Source: Ancylonema sp. (taxonomy: Eukaryota). From it: a stretch of 64,000 bases of DNA. The position numbers and the translations under genes were made by a program. The stretch lies in NCBI GenBank assembly GCA_050230475.1, contig JBFLGF010000148.1, positions 1 through 64,000 on the forward strand, in the 5' to 3' direction. This document shows positions 1 to 13,560 of this stretch, one piece after another. How positions within the stretch are numbered: position 1 is the stretch's first letter; every line of letters starts with the position of its first letter. The notes under the pieces are model-generated. The model saw only the letters and a program-made list of their open reading frames with translations. It ran no database searches and was not told where the DNA came from.

Positions 1-627
1 TCCGAATAAAGACGAGGAACTCGCCGACAATTGGACGTTGCCCCAGACTCCTCGGACGTTGCCCTAGCTAAGCCCCAAAAAAAAATGCCCGAGACGACAA
101 ACAAGGGATAAATTCTACTCGAGGCCACACGGCCTACAGGGTTGCAGATTGCAGGGCTTTCACACGCAATATTGTACTATTTTCTCATATACAACTTCAT
201 TTCAATGGAACGAATCTGACGCGACATACATATGCAGCTAACCCGGGGCGTTGAATTTGAAGGCATAAAGTCAATAAACTAGTTAGTTATAATACTGATT
301 GACTGACTGATTGAGCGTATGTAACTACATGGATACCATTTGATCTGATTGACGCATTTCTGTCTATCTACTCATCTGGTTTGAAGATTATATATACGAT
401 GTCTTCTCTCGCAAGTACAGCTTTTCTTCGGTCGAGCTGGGATACCTGCTAGCTTATTTGCACTTTGTGGCAGAACGTCCGACACCGGTGCTTCGTCCTA
501 GTAGTTCGCAGAAGACCTACTCTTCCTAGTAACCCTTGGAGGATCCTTCGCGCGAGGATAATAAAAGCGGTACCACGAAACGCTTGCGCCAGTTTGTTCG
601 AGCTGCCACGATCATACTGTCGCGGTC

Positions 628-2728
628 ATGGGCACCTTGGAGTTCCCCGACCTTGGGCGCCACTGCTCTGTGGATACGTGCCAGCTCATCGACTTCCTCC
701 CCTTTAATTGCGATCAGTGCAAACAGGTCGGCTGTTCTGTACCAACCACCACGCATGTGCTACCTACCGATTTTCGAAGGGGGGGGGGAGACCTCGATAA
801 CTGAGTCACCCTCATGAATCAGATCCGCGATATGAACATACTGGTCTTGTAAGTCATTCAATCTAAAACTCGAGGGGTAGCAAATCACAGAATAATAGGG
901 GTCTGATTGTCTCACAAGAAAGTCATGCCAAAAGGCTCTTTTTGGTATGACTTGTCTAGAGGCGTCCCATGATTTGTAAAGACATATACAGACACACACA
1001 CATACACACAAACTTACACACACACACACGCACGCGCACGCACGAGTTTACATATTAGCCTTCTCGGGGCTTTGGAAGACACGAACCTGTTGGGTATGAT
1101 GTGACTGATGATGTTGATGATGATTACGATGATGAAGATCATGATGATGATGAGGAGGAGGATGATGATGATGATGTTAATGATGAGGATGATGATGATG
1201 ATGATGACGATGGCGATGATGATAGCGATGACGATGTGAGCTTTTACAGGTTTCATATCGAACAAGTTAATACTGAGAATCCTGTGACCAGCACGTTGAT
1301 TACACCCATCCCCTCCCACACTGGAGTTCTCATCACACTATCACTTCTCTTTCCCACCCCACCCCCACCCGCCCCTCCCTTCCGCCCCCCAGACCTTCTG
1401 CCTCGACCACCGCCAGTACTCCACCCACAACTGCCCAACCGCCGCAGCGGGCGATGCCTCCGTCATCCTCTGTCCAGTGTGCACCAGATCCGTACGGATT
1501 TTGGCCAACGAGAACCCAAACCGTACTTGGGAGCGACATGTGAACACGGACTGCAACCCGGATGACTTTGCCAAGTGAGTCCAGCTGTCCAGGGAAAGGC
1601 AAGGGCGAGACAAGGGACAAGGGAAGTCTTTATTACCCATATCAGTCTCGTTCAGGAGGTGTACAGTTGGGTTTCAATGGCACCCGTTGGATGGTATTAT
1701 GATATTTTTAGTGCCTGTGACGAGATTGGGCGTTCAGGAGGATGTAGATCTTATCGGTTGTCTGAGATTTGGTACCGGAAATTGGGTGCCTATACAGAGG
1801 TGGTGCCATTCACAGGGAGGTGCTTTTGGAGAGGGATATGATTGTTCACAGGAAGTGCAATGCAAAAAACAGATGAGCAAAGACTTCTTTGGTATCTTAA
1901 CTGCTGTCTATCTCCCCCCCCCAACACCCCCCCCCCCATTTTTTTATTTTATTTTTATTTTTTTAAAATTAAAAACCTGACCTCTTTCGCAGGGCAGCCA
2001 AGAAAAAGCGGTGCCCCGTGAAGGGTTGCAAAGAGTTCCTCACCTTTTCCAACACGGTTACCTGCAAGGAATGCCATCAGGCCACCTGTTTGAAGCACCG
2101 CTTCGGACCCGACCACGGCTGCGCGGACACGGTAAAGCAGAACCGGGCCAACGCCCGGGGCAACTTCTGGGGCGGGGCGGGTACCAACACGGTTAACCGG
2201 ACACGGGCACCCGCCATGGGTACCTTCTTTGGAGAGAGCCTACTCACATCCCTCAGGGAATCGGTTGGGCTCTCCGCTCCAGCTGAGAGTGGGAGGCCTG
2301 GCAGGGGGGCGGGGCAGAGGGGGGTTGGGGGCGGGATGGGCTCTGCTGCGGCTGCTGCAGGGGGGGGGGGGGGGGCAGGAGGGAAGCCCCCTGGGGGGGG
2401 CAGAGGTTCTGCTGGGACAGGCAGACCTGTGGGTAAAGGGACAGGTGTCACCACCCCGTCTGCTAACGATGCGTCCAATACGGTGAAGGGCAGTGCGCAT
2501 AGGAGGGCGGATAGGAAGAAGCAAGCAGAGGCACAGAGCAGGGATTCGGGTTCAGGTTCAGGTTCAGGTCCAGGTCCAGGTCCAGGGTCAGGGCCTGAAA
2601 AGTGCCCCCAATGGGAGCGGTGCCCGAAATGTGCGAAGGACTTTGGGGATGTTGTGGCGCTCATTGCACATGCGGAGAAAGAGCACACGGGGGCCCCTGG
2701 GGATGGTTCAAATTGCACGATAAGTTAA
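628..2728 (+). CDS. AN1-type + C2H2 zinc-finger stress-associated protein (plant SAP11/SAP13-like, ZFAND2/AIRAP family); exons 628-726, 1393-1574, 1993-2728
   Basis: Spliced translation gives [47 protein letters not shown]...[78 protein letters not shown], i.e. two AN1 fingers. A C-terminal C2H2 ([22 protein letters not shown]) and a terminal CTIS (CaaX-like) follow. Introns are GT-AG with consistent phases. Confidence 0.93.
992..1043. repeat. (CA)n / (CACG)n microsatellite in intron 1
   Basis: Direct dinucleotide run. Confidence 0.9.
1106..1236. repeat. Imperfect (GAT)n microsatellite in intron 1
   Basis: GAT/GAC/GAG triplet run lying between exon 1 and exon 2. Confidence 0.9.
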
Positions 2729-3427
2729 GGAGGGAGAGAGGCGAGTGGTTGGGGGGGGGGGGGGGGAACAAAGGGAAATTCGTGTGTTTAATAATATATT
2801 TAGGGGGCGTAGTGATTGAGACGCTTGAGTATTTGAGAGCACAGGCGGGTTTCGCCTTATATGTTTTGGCAGTCCTTCTGTACCTCCTCCCTACGAAGAG
2901 GATTAGGACAAAGCATCATTCTTATTTTGGAGCCTTGCATGAGTGGTCCGTTTGAGTATCGTCCCGTTGGTGTGTGGGCTTGATGTTGAAGAAGGATGTG
3001 TCCTTCGACAAACAAATAATCGTTTCCGATGTTGAGAAATACCGTAATGGAAGTCGCTCAGCAACGATCAAAGATACGGGAATGGTTTTGAAGACGGTGG
3101 TTGCACACAATGAAAATGGTGCTTGTTACAAACAATTGTAGTCAATCTTCATTCAACATACTGAGCCACACTGTATTATTTGACAGAGAGATTGATTGGG
3201 TATATGACAATTTTGTCGTATTCAAATCAAGTAAGCAATAAACTTACTCACTGATATGAGCATGATATATTTTGTAACTTCCTTTGCTGGTTTTTGGGAT
3301 TGAGAGGACGCCGAGTTTACTTCGTCAGAACAGTAGTTTATTGGTAGAATGAAAATTCAAGTGAGTTTCAAGAAATTCTAGTACGAATTGAGATTGGAGT
3401 GGGCAATTGTCCAATGTATATTTCTCA

Positions 3428-3726
3428 TAGTTGCGTCCCGGACCGTCCGGAGATCTCCGGATGCGTCTGGGATGCGTCTGGGATGCGTCCGGGATGCGTG
3501 TGGGATGCGTCCGGGCTCGGGCGCGTCCCGGACCCGGACGCCTCAGCCAAAATCTGATATCCATATTTTTGGAACCCCCATAGTTGTGTGGATGGAAACC
3601 TTTTTTTTTTTTTTGCAACTTAGTTGCGTCCCGGACCGTCCGGGGATCTCCGGACGCGTCCGGGACGCGTCCGGGGTCGGACGTGTTCCGGACGCATCCG
3701 GGATCCTCGTGTCCGGGACGCAACTA
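3428..3726. mobile_element. MITE-like element with TIR TAGTTGCGTCCCGGAC and internal ~10-bp GGGATGCGTC repeats
   Basis: TAGTTGCGTCCCGGAC occurs at 3428 and again at 3621, with its exact reverse complement at 3711-3726. No clear TSD. Confidence 0.55.
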
Positions 3727-3889
3727 ATATCTTTCTACTCTCCTTTTGTCTATTAATTTGGTTATGAGAGCTACCGTTGATCTTGATTTTTGGTGCCACA
3801 ATGGCAAACATTGAAGCATCATACGATTACAAACAATTAAGGCGAGTGAAGCATCGCATCCAGCCCGTCCAACCAGAAATATGTAATTA

Positions 3890-4470
3890 CCGTACCGGCC
3901 AGGCTTATAGCCCCGGAAAACAATTACCAAAGTGTTGGGGCGGGGCAGGGATATTAATTCAAACATATATAAATCGGGGCCTTAAGTACCTGTAAATTCG
4001 GGCAATGTTTCGGCCTGGGGCATTATCCAAAATTCATTTTTTTCCGCTCGGGGGCGGGAGATCACAATACATGTGATCTCCCACCCCCGACATCCGGAAA
4101 GGCTGTTGGCTACGAGCCCGTCTACGGGCTTCGGGCTGCGGCCCGGAGATATTTGCCCCTCAAAGCTCCCTCAAGGCCGGGAGCCCATGATATTTGCCGG
4201 GAGGCCAACTTGGAGGGGCTCATATTACAGGCTACCAGCAGATACGGGAGGCTTTTTAGTATCAATTTGAATTAAGCAAAACCCCGTTACCGTGATAATG
4301 GGGTGGGGGCTTATCTTTGCTTGGGCAACTAAAATATTTGCCTAAAATGGGGTGGGCTAAGGGTGGGGCCTAAAATTTTATTGGTACGGGGCTGGGGCAT
4401 AAAATATACGGGGCTGGGGCATACTAAATATTTTTTCGAAAAGGTGGGACTAAAAACCTGGCCGGTACGG
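3890..4470. mobile_element. Tc1/mariner (pogo/Tc2-like) MITE
   Basis: TIRs CCGTACCGGCCAGG / CCTGGCCGGTACGG, flanked by TA on both sides (3888-3889, 4471-4472). No ORF. Confidence 0.8.
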
Positions 4471-5121
4471 TATATCATTTTTTCGCAAAAATTGATGCAT
4501 AATCGTTTATTATTGGTCGCATGAGATGCGATTCAACTAGCAAGTACGGACGGCGTCACTTTCCGAATGGTCGACTTTGTTGTGGTTTAAATCCTTCATG
4601 TAAGTTTTACTATCCAAAGAGGACGTTTTGTTTATATTATTGGGAACCGGTTTCGAGATGAAACGGTTGGAACCGGCGAAACCGGGTGATTTTCGGGGTT
4701 CCGATGGAGAACCAAATCTTTGGGCCTGCCAAGAGTTTAAGTAGTGTCGGTCTCTGATTTTACAAAGTAAATTGTGTAAGGATCATTTGAGTGAAAAGGT
4801 CAAGTGATTTAGAGGAGTACGAAGGTTGTCACGGAATTTTGAGGTTTGGTGCATTTTCGTTAATAATTTTGTATGTTCGTTTATAGCATACCGTACCCGC
4901 CATAAAGAATGTGGAGTGCCGCGCGTTCCCCTAGTAACATATGGAAGGGAACCGACTCAGCTACAACCAAAATTATAATACATTCAAGTTCGGAGATCAT
5001 TGGCAATTGTACGCGGAGTTTCAAGAAGGTTGTGCGGTCACAAACGGCCACAAACTACCTTTAGTTTTCCAGAGTATGAAGGCCGAAAGTCTAAAGTCTG
5101 AGCATAATATCCACTTATCTC

Positions 5122-5335
5122 TAGGGTGGCGGTAACCCGCATTTTTTTTGGCCGGTTTAAAATTAACCCGCATATACCCTCAAGTAACCCGCAAATACCC
5201 TAACGTACCCCTGATTACCCCCACCGTACCCTTAAAACCCCTTCAATACCCCTATCCCTAAAATATATATCCCTAAAAACCCTCAAATACCCGAATAACC
5301 CTAGCATATCCTAACATACGCCGAGGGTAGTATAT
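5122..5335 (+). mobile_element. Probable hAT-like DNA transposon end fragment
   Basis: Begins TAGGGTGGCGGT followed by multiple AACCCG/ATACCC subterminal repeats. A related end starts at 29225. Confidence 0.35.
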
Positions 5336-5864
5336 CCTATCAAAAGCTAGAAAAAAGTCCCATTTTTTTATTAAAAAAATGTATTACTAAAATTTGAATG
5401 TTAAGAGAGTCTCTTTGAGGACATGCAATTGTAAATCCGAGACGTTGTATACACGAGTATTTGACGGTATCGCTGTAAAAAACATGGAGCATGTCAACCA
5501 TAGTGACTCACTCGTCTTATTCTTTAGGTATATGTAAGAAAATGAGACTTATAGATCCTTTCAGTAGTGTTGTAATTATGATTTGATGGGCACTTACATG
5601 ATGTTTGGGTGACGCTTGTATGATACTTGTGTTATGCGCGACATACAACTTGTGATTGTGTTTGTTGTGATGCGCCTATTTGCCATGTCATCGATGCTAT
5701 CCTTTTTCTGACACTTGATAGTATGAAATAGCATAGCATGCGTATTATTTTCAAAAAATATTGGAAAGGAGATTGATAAATATTTACAAACACCCTAATT
5801 GATCCACGAGTTGCCATTATCATATTCTATAACCTCGAATCAATAAATATATTCACAAAATAAA

Positions 5865-8435
5865 TGTCATGACGCTAGAGATCGTTAAGGGTAAAACCCC
5901 TTTGTAACAATATCCAGACCTCTCTAGTAAAATACCTTGTTAGAAGTAACCAGATTCGATATAGAGATTTCATGATTTTGTGTGAAGTTAGAATCAGTAC
6001 TCTGCAAAATCCAACAACTTTTTGTAATCTCGAAAATAACGCGTGGCGTATTTTCCGAGTGTAATATCCAGCAGTCGTACAATTTAGACTACGTGTCGAC
6101 TTTTCAGCGCTTAGCGCAACTTTGCTATCGACGATGATATTTCTGACGTGTCGATATTATCTCGGCGATAAAATCCAGCCGTAGAATATTTGACGTCTAT
6201 ATTTGTAGCGTCCAGATTAAATAGAACTTTCTAGAGTACAGCCTGTCGATTAACCATGTCGATTAATTCTAGTTAGTTTGACGGATTTGACGATTGTAGG
6301 ATAAATACATTTTCATTGTACTGATCTGCCAGCTTCCGCTGTCAGATTTCGCCGTCAATAAACTTTCAATATCTTTTTTTCAGAAATCCTGTCTATTGTG
6401 TTATCTGAATTTTGCAAATCCTGGCTGACGCCAGTTCTTGCCATCATCTTTGTGTCTTGTCTACGATTGTTCGTGCAACTACCGTCGACGAATTCTGTAA
6501 GTTGACCGAAGTGACCTTTGCAACTTCCTATCATTACTTGTGTTGTTTCGTTGACGCTCTCACAGAGCCAGCCTGTAAACTTGTTGTGTACCATCACAGC
6601 TTTGTGCTGACGTTCTTACTGAGCCAGCCATAACCATCTACCACGTTGCTGACGCTCTTACTTAGCCAAAACTACTTTGTCGATTTACATCGATTTGTTG
6701 TCGCCCGTACTGAGCCAATACGATAACGACGCGCAACCACTTGCTGACGTTCGAACTGAACGAGCACATCACATCCATCAATTATAATCTGTCAACACAC
6801 CGTTTTGACAGCCGAACTTTCTACTCAAAAGTTTACCTTTCGGCTGTCGACCTTAATATTCTACACCAGAATATTATTCACAAGCGTTCCACAGCTGGGG
6901 GGGGGGAGTGAGAGCAGCCGGACCACCAAGTCCACTTGAGACCCTTCGATCACCTACGAACATCATCGATATCAACCTAGTCGACATCATGGCTACTCCA
7001 CCGCGAGCATTACCACATGCATCATTATGAGAAACATCCGGGAACAAAGGTCACAAAGTATGAAGAATATCATTTTAGGCGGCCGACTCCAAACAACACG
7101 TCAGCTGTCATGACGCTAGAGATCGCTTGATCAAAAACCTCTCTAGATTAATACTCTGCTATAACGAGAGTATTCTATATAACGACTTTCTAGAATTAGT
7201 ACTTTGCCGAGAAAATAGTGAAGTACGAAATTTGTACGACTCGAAAATAATGCGTGGCGTATTTTTCGAAGTCTAGAATCCAGCAGTCTTCAACAAATAG
7301 CTGCGTGTCGATTTTGTTAAAATCACAAGTCCCTTTCGACTTGTCGATAATCCCGGCGATTAAATCCAGCCGTAGAACTAGAGGAATATCTCGCGGCCGC
7401 TTTCATCGGAGCGCCAAGATTAATTGTAATGTTCTAGAAGCCAGCCTGTTGCTAGCATCGACAATTTAACTCTGGTTAACTCTGCCGGTTAACACCGCGC
7501 AACAACTTTGTGATAAAATTCAATTTGTACTTTCAGATCTGCCAGCTTCCGCTGTTAGATTGCGCTGTTAAGAAATCTCTCCCAACAATCTTCTATGTTA
7601 TCTGAATCCTTTGCAATTTTGTGAATATTGCATCCCTTCGCTTACGCGACTTCGCAACGTGCTCGTCTTCCGACTCAGCCTCACATCCGTCAGCCAGCCG
7701 GTAAGATTGCAAATCATTCTTTGCAATCTGTGTTATTTGATATATTTGATCTGATACATCTGAATTTGTTGGTGACGCTCTTTTTGAGCGAGCTTGTTCA
7801 TTGACTGTAATTTCTTACATCGATTAGCTGACGCTCTCTCTGAGCGAGCAAGCTTGCGTGTGTGTGTTAAATATCTGTCGATTTGCCCGCGTTCGCTCCG
7901 AACCGGCAATTTCATTTGTGTGCGTGTGTTTGTTGTCGCTCGCTCCGAGCCAGTATTTGTTGTTGACACCTGTCTGCTGACGCTTTTTTTGAGCCAGCAT
8001 CTATTATCGACGCGCCGTCGATACTTTGCTTTCGCACCGAAAGTAACTCTTACGGCTGTTAACCTTGATAGTTTGCTCCAGACTATCTTGTTTGTTTTAT
8101 AGTATTTTACACAGACTTTTGTACTATAAACCATCTGTTAGCTCGCCCTCAGCGTTAAGTAGTGAATTTCACTAGACCGCTGAGACGTGTGATAGATATA
8201 ATATTGATATCTCAGCAGAGACTCAATCTGCAATACTACTTGTGAGAGCAGCCGGACCACCAGTCACCTGAGACCCTTCGATCACCTACGAACATCATCG
8301 ATACCAAACCAGTCGACATCATCGCTACTCCATCGCGAGCATTACCACATGCATCATTCTGAGAAACATCCGGGAACAAAGGTGACAAAGTATGAAGAAT
8401 ATCATTTTAGGCGGCCGACTCCAAACAACACGTCA
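5865..8435 (+). mobile_element. Internally deleted split-repeat retroelement, family 1: A1 5865-~6880, PPT 6897-6908, B1 6909-7103, GC, A2 7106-~8241, B2 8243-8435
   Basis: TGTCATGACGCTAGAGATCG at 5865 and 7106. A near-identical ~195-bp B (TGAGAGCAGCCGG...CACGTCA) occurs twice, with G10AG directly before B1. No coding region. Confidence 0.8.
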
Positions 8436-11400
8436 CCATGATGCCAAGATGCAGATATGTATGGTGTTCCAGGTTTCAACATGCTAGCTGTGATGCCAAG
8501 TTTGGTTGCAACAAGTCTGCCTTTATTTTTTTTGATAGCACCAGTGTCCACTGCCACTTTGTTTGGTTTTTAATTCATGATTGTTAGAGGCGTCGAAAGG
8601 ACTGTTCTAGCAATATTTATTACAAGTGCACTTCAAGAGTATGATGGTGAAATGGCCGGAATGGTTATGATGGCATGAGCCGGAGTGGAGGGTTGGTTTG
8701 ATGTATAATGGCAACTCCCTAGGAGTGCAAGTACATGAGTTGATAAGAATTCTCTAAAGGAATTCATATGGACTAAATATAGGAAATCGGCTAAAGTATG
8801 AATCAAGACTACAAGTGAGATAACTAGAACTCGACATAAGAGTAAACTAGAAAGTTGAGGGCAAACACTCGTTATAAGGACAAAGTCGCTAGGGACAGAT
8901 ATCTTACTATAAAGGGGCAGAACTCGATATAAGAGTAAACTAGAAAGCTAAGGGCAATAACTCGTTATAAGGACAAAGTCGCTACTAGCACCCTAGGGTT
9001 AGTAGCATGGTGCAGGAGGCACACTCTGGAGACACTCTAGTGGCTATAGAGGGGCATTCCTAACAATGATGATTAACACGCCACGGTTGTTGCGAAGGAG
9101 TGCAATACCATAATTGGTGTCCTGAGAGTTGCGTGCTGAAGTGGTGTTGTGGTCATGACTGGGTGTACCGGGCTGCAGGTTCTTGCATGGAGCTGACAAG
9201 TGCGGCCGCGTTGTCACGTGCCTTTTCTTCAATCTGCAGTTGCACACGTAAAACATTGACATGGTCATGAAGCATGTCAATGGAAAGTTTGTGCCTCGGG
9301 TAAGGGCATGGGTGGTGGTGCAGCAGTATCATGGACTGGGTTCATATTGGTAGTTCCAGCTTCTAGGATGTTAGGAAAGTCAGGTACAAATGAGTCCGGC
9401 ATCAATGAACTGTATCCCTCTCTGCGACCATAATCCTCCCCTTCCCTGGTGCATTCCTTGACCAAAGTTTCAGGGTAAAGCTCCGGGTATGGAGTGGTTG
9501 AGGTGCTTGGTTCATGATTAGGTAGGTAGTGTAAAGGTAAAGGATCAGGCAAGGGTGGTATTTGCGTGTCAGCCTCAGATGCATCAACAGGTGGGGTGTG
9601 ATAATATGTGGTAGACTCAGATCGTGAAGGTGCATCCGAACTCAAAGTAACCACTAGATCATGGAATTGGGTGTGCTTTTGGATTGTAGCTTGTTTCTTT
9701 TTCTCTTTGGCTGCCACACGTCATGAACGTCTAGTAGACATCAAGTATTGCCACGGAATGGTATGGTCAATTACCTTAAATGATGCTTTCTGGTGCGACA
9801 TGTTTTCGAACTCTCGTTGGTGTGCCAAGTCGTCTACTTGCATGGCCAAGTAACTCGTCTGGGTCTCAAGGGTCTTCCACCCGATCTGTTTGGGTGGTGG
9901 TTCTGCAGTGAGTGGTGCACTGAGAGTTAGTAAGTTCTTAGCCTTTGCAAGTTTTTGACATTGGTCTCGGGTGTGATGTTTCCCATTGCAGTATTCACAA
10001 AAAAAATCAAAAGTCTACTGCTTCGCGTCAAACTGGTGAGGGCGTGGTGTAAAAGGTTGTGTGTTTTCCGTACCGTATGCGCCTCCCCTGAACTATGAGC
10101 CTAAGTTTTGGTTGGTTTTGGTATTCTTGTATGACGGGTAGCCTGATGACTGAGAGTTGTTTTGTTTCCGTGGTGGAGGACAATCACGCGAAAGGTGCCA
10201 AGTCTGATGACAGTTGTAGCACTCCATGCTATTATATTGTCGTGGTGTCAATGCGCCTAATGGTTTAGGAGCAATGCAAGGAGTAGAAGGAGTGTAAGTA
10301 GGTATTTTGGGAGATCTGGTTATCCCAGCTGCGCGTTTCTTTGCGTCTTGTTTTATACGTAGTAATTCAGCCTTGTTAGCTTTTTTCATGATTTCTTTTA
10401 TGGTGATAGGAGGATCTGGTGGAGTTTTGTAGTACCTAGCCTCTGACTCACGAAAGTGCGAGTCATCGATGTAAGGCTATAATGGTAGTGGAATGTGTGG
10501 TAGATACCTCCTATCGAGATGTTCTTTCGTCATTGCTCCTGCCTCTTGAACAATTGTGGCTGGTTCGTAAAAGCGTGCAGAAGTTGTCGCCACACTCTTG
10601 GTGTGCCAAGCTGTAATATTTTCATTTGTGTGACAAATTTTGCAATTGATGTTCGGAAACGATTTTTGATGATTGTAATGAACTGTTCCATTTCGGTTGG
10701 TTCTGCCATCGATGTCGTTGGTTTGGTTGGTAGAGGTTGTCCGTCCAATCTACCCTGAAGAAGGTAATATGCCACATTTGCATTATGTTCGCGAAACAGA
10801 TCTCAGACATCTTCCGTAGCAGTGGTACCACGATTGTCTTGAACAAATTGTTGCCACTCTCGGTAGATTATGCTTGCATATACTCACCGGCTACAAGAAC
10901 TGAGTCCCACTGTACGTGCCCCATATGCTGTGTGCGTTGTTGGGTTCGGTCTAATTGTCGTAGACTGTCGAAAAACTCGTCTTATTTGACACCACTTTCG
11001 TCAGTATATGTCAGTAACGGCACTGGGTTGGCCATGATTGAGTGTGTCCCACCTTGTATCTTGGGTCGATAAATTGGTGTGGCTGCAACGCTTGGCGGCG
11101 CTGCTGGGTTCACACTTGTCGATGGTCCCGCCATAAGTGTTGTGGGATCGACGATTTGGTCCTCCAATGTGGAAATGAACAGCACAGGTTTGAGGTTAAT
11201 GGAGCCGGTAGGTAGGCGTTCCAATGATTGTTTTGGTTCCGAAGTAGTTATGGTCTTTTTTTTTGGTACAAATGTATGTTCTGCTTGGATTGCAGAATCA
11301 ATATCGAGAAAATTGGTAGGTAGATGGAAATAGAGATATCGAGAGCCGGTGCAACTATATTCTCAATATCAATAGGAAGTGGTCTGCTATCGACAGCTGA

Positions 11401-12452
11401 TGCAGCTGGAGAATCGATCGTTACAATATCTATCTCACGTGAGTTCGGAAGGTTAGAATTGTCGACAGCTAGGGCAGCTGGTGAGTCGACATTTTCCACA
11501 GGTTTAGTTGTCTGCAATTTGGTCAATCTTCCTCTACTATTTTGTGACCACTGTATACACTACTCTTGTGGAGAAGAGCACATTTGAAAATTACAGATTG
11601 TTGAAAATAAGTACTAAAAAAACACTTGAGGTAAGGTTACCTTAATCTGACTTTAAATCGTTTAAATTTCAACGCCTTCCGCTGTCGGATTGAAGCAGTA
11701 TTGCACATTGAGTCTCTGCTAAGATATCAATATTATATCTATCACACGTCTCAGCGGTCTGGTGAAATTCACTACTTAACGCCGAGGGCAAGTTGACAAA
11801 TGTACTACAGTACGAAAGTCGTGGAAAACACTATAGCACAAACAGAATAGTCTGGTGCAGACTACTAGGGTCAACAAAGACAGATTCAAGCACGATGCGA
11901 AGTCGCGTAAGCGAAGGGACGCAAATACACAAAATTGCAGGATTTAGAATACACAAGAATTGTTGGGGACTTTCTTAATAGCGCAATTTGACAGCGGAAG
12001 CTGGCAGATCAGAAAGTAAAATTGTATTTTATCAAAGTTGTTGCGCGGTGCTAACCGGCACAATTAAGTAAAATAGTATATCGAAGATTACGACAGGCTG
12101 GCTTTTGGAACTTTCAAATCAATCTCGACGCTACGATGAAATGGCGCGAGATATTACCTCTAATTCTACGGCTGGATTTATCGCCGGGATTATCGACAAG
12201 TCGAAAGTAACTTGTTAATTTTACATAAATCGACACGCAGCCAGTTGTTGAAACTGTTGGATTCTAGACTTCGGAAAATACGCCACGCGTTATTTTCGAG
12301 TTGTACAAAATCGTTCTCACTATTTCGCGTGCAAAGTATTAATTTTATATATCGTTGTATCGAATACTCTCGTTGTAGAGGAGTATTAATCTAGAGGAGT
12401 TTCTGATCAATTGAGAGGGGTTGTCTCCTTAGCGATCTCTAGCGTCATGACA
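8436..12452 (-). mobile_element. Family 1 split-repeat element, 5' part: A1 (12452-~11693), self-primer site, degenerate gag with two zinc knuckles, aspartic protease start; 3'-truncated
   Basis: Reverse-complement A terminus ends at 12452. Motifs: ECYNCHQTWHLSRDC (~10185-10230), CEYCNGKHHTRDQC (~9958-9999) and KVAVDTGA (~8538-8561). Colinear with 40660-42490. Confidence 0.8.
8582..9065. mobile_element. Canonical solo LTR (484 bp) inserted just upstream of the protease motif of the family 1 element
   Basis: TGTTAG...CTAACA termini with 5-bp TSD ATGAT (8577-8581, 9066-9070). Contains an internal ~65-bp duplication (8826-8891 / 8919-8984). Absent from the paralog at ~41460. Confidence 0.88.
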
Positions 12453-13560
12453 AGTCACTCTATCGTGACGCTACGACAACAAGATCTAGCAAATGACGTT
12501 GCAATCCTTGTGTACCAATAGCATCACTCCTAATTGAGAAGACCGCGGAAGGTGCTTTCGGACTACCCTTATAGCGAGACGTTCTAGAGTAACTGTTCCC
12601 CGGTGTACACACAAGGCTGGTTATATAGGTTGAAAGCCCGCGACACACCCGACGATGCCAAATACTACGACAGGACAACAGATGTGTGCACCGCAGGCGA
12701 GGATATCAATGTATTATTGTATATATGACACATAACAATGAAGGCGGAAACATAACGATTATCGGTGTTTATCGCAACGCAGCCGGAGAAACATCAGACG
12801 ATATTATTAGTCGAACAATCAAAATCCATAAACGAAGCTGAAGGGATCGAGATTATAATACGTACATGCACTACGTCACTCTATACCACTTCGTAACTTC
12901 TATCTCGCATATTTTTGGACCTTAACTAACTTCACCTGGAGTACGCGAATGCGATGTAGTTGTAACTCTGACACACGAGCCAGATTCGCTTCCTCTTTTA
13001 TCAGGAACAAACTCTGTCTGGAGGGAATTTTGCAAGGATGGAATGCAGCGAAACATGGGAGACGGGAGAGGATAGCCACCCGTATCCGACTTAAACGGAC
13101 GGAATGATAGTCAGGCATCGTGGCAAACTATGAACGAAGTTCGATCCATATCATGTAGTTTGTCGTATCGTCACACAATTGTCAAACCGTCAAATAACTC
13201 GAAGTAACGCAGGGACAAAAGTGACGCGTTACTTTCGGTTTTCAAATTTTCGGGTGTTCGTTATGTAGACAAAAAGTAACAATGCACAAAAGCATCGTGA
13301 ACACGGTAGAAAGTCATGCAAACAACGCGCTCTCGTTTTCCTCCCGAAAACTGACGGGGTTTTTGGCTCCCGTGAGTCACGCGGGTCCACGAAGAAAACC
13401 GAGTAACGAATATCCGAAAAGACCTACTCAAAACTGGAGTGCTGCCAACGATGCCCTTCGATTAATTATGGGGGTCTCCCGAACCAAAGTAGACGAATCC
13501 TCAATCCCATAAATTGAGCTCCGGAGCCGAACTCAAGAACACTAAGTATCACCCTAAGCT

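Noticed and set aside
1101..1565. Poly-Asp 154-aa ORF
   Set aside because: It is a translation of an intronic GAT microsatellite; the real exon 2 is in another frame.
2077..2718. 213-aa antisense ORF
   Set aside because: Shadow ORF of the GC-rich SAP exon 3.
3437..3720. Short regular repeats as a CRISPR array
   Set aside because: Tandem ~10-mers without unique spacers, in a eukaryotic context, with no cas genes.
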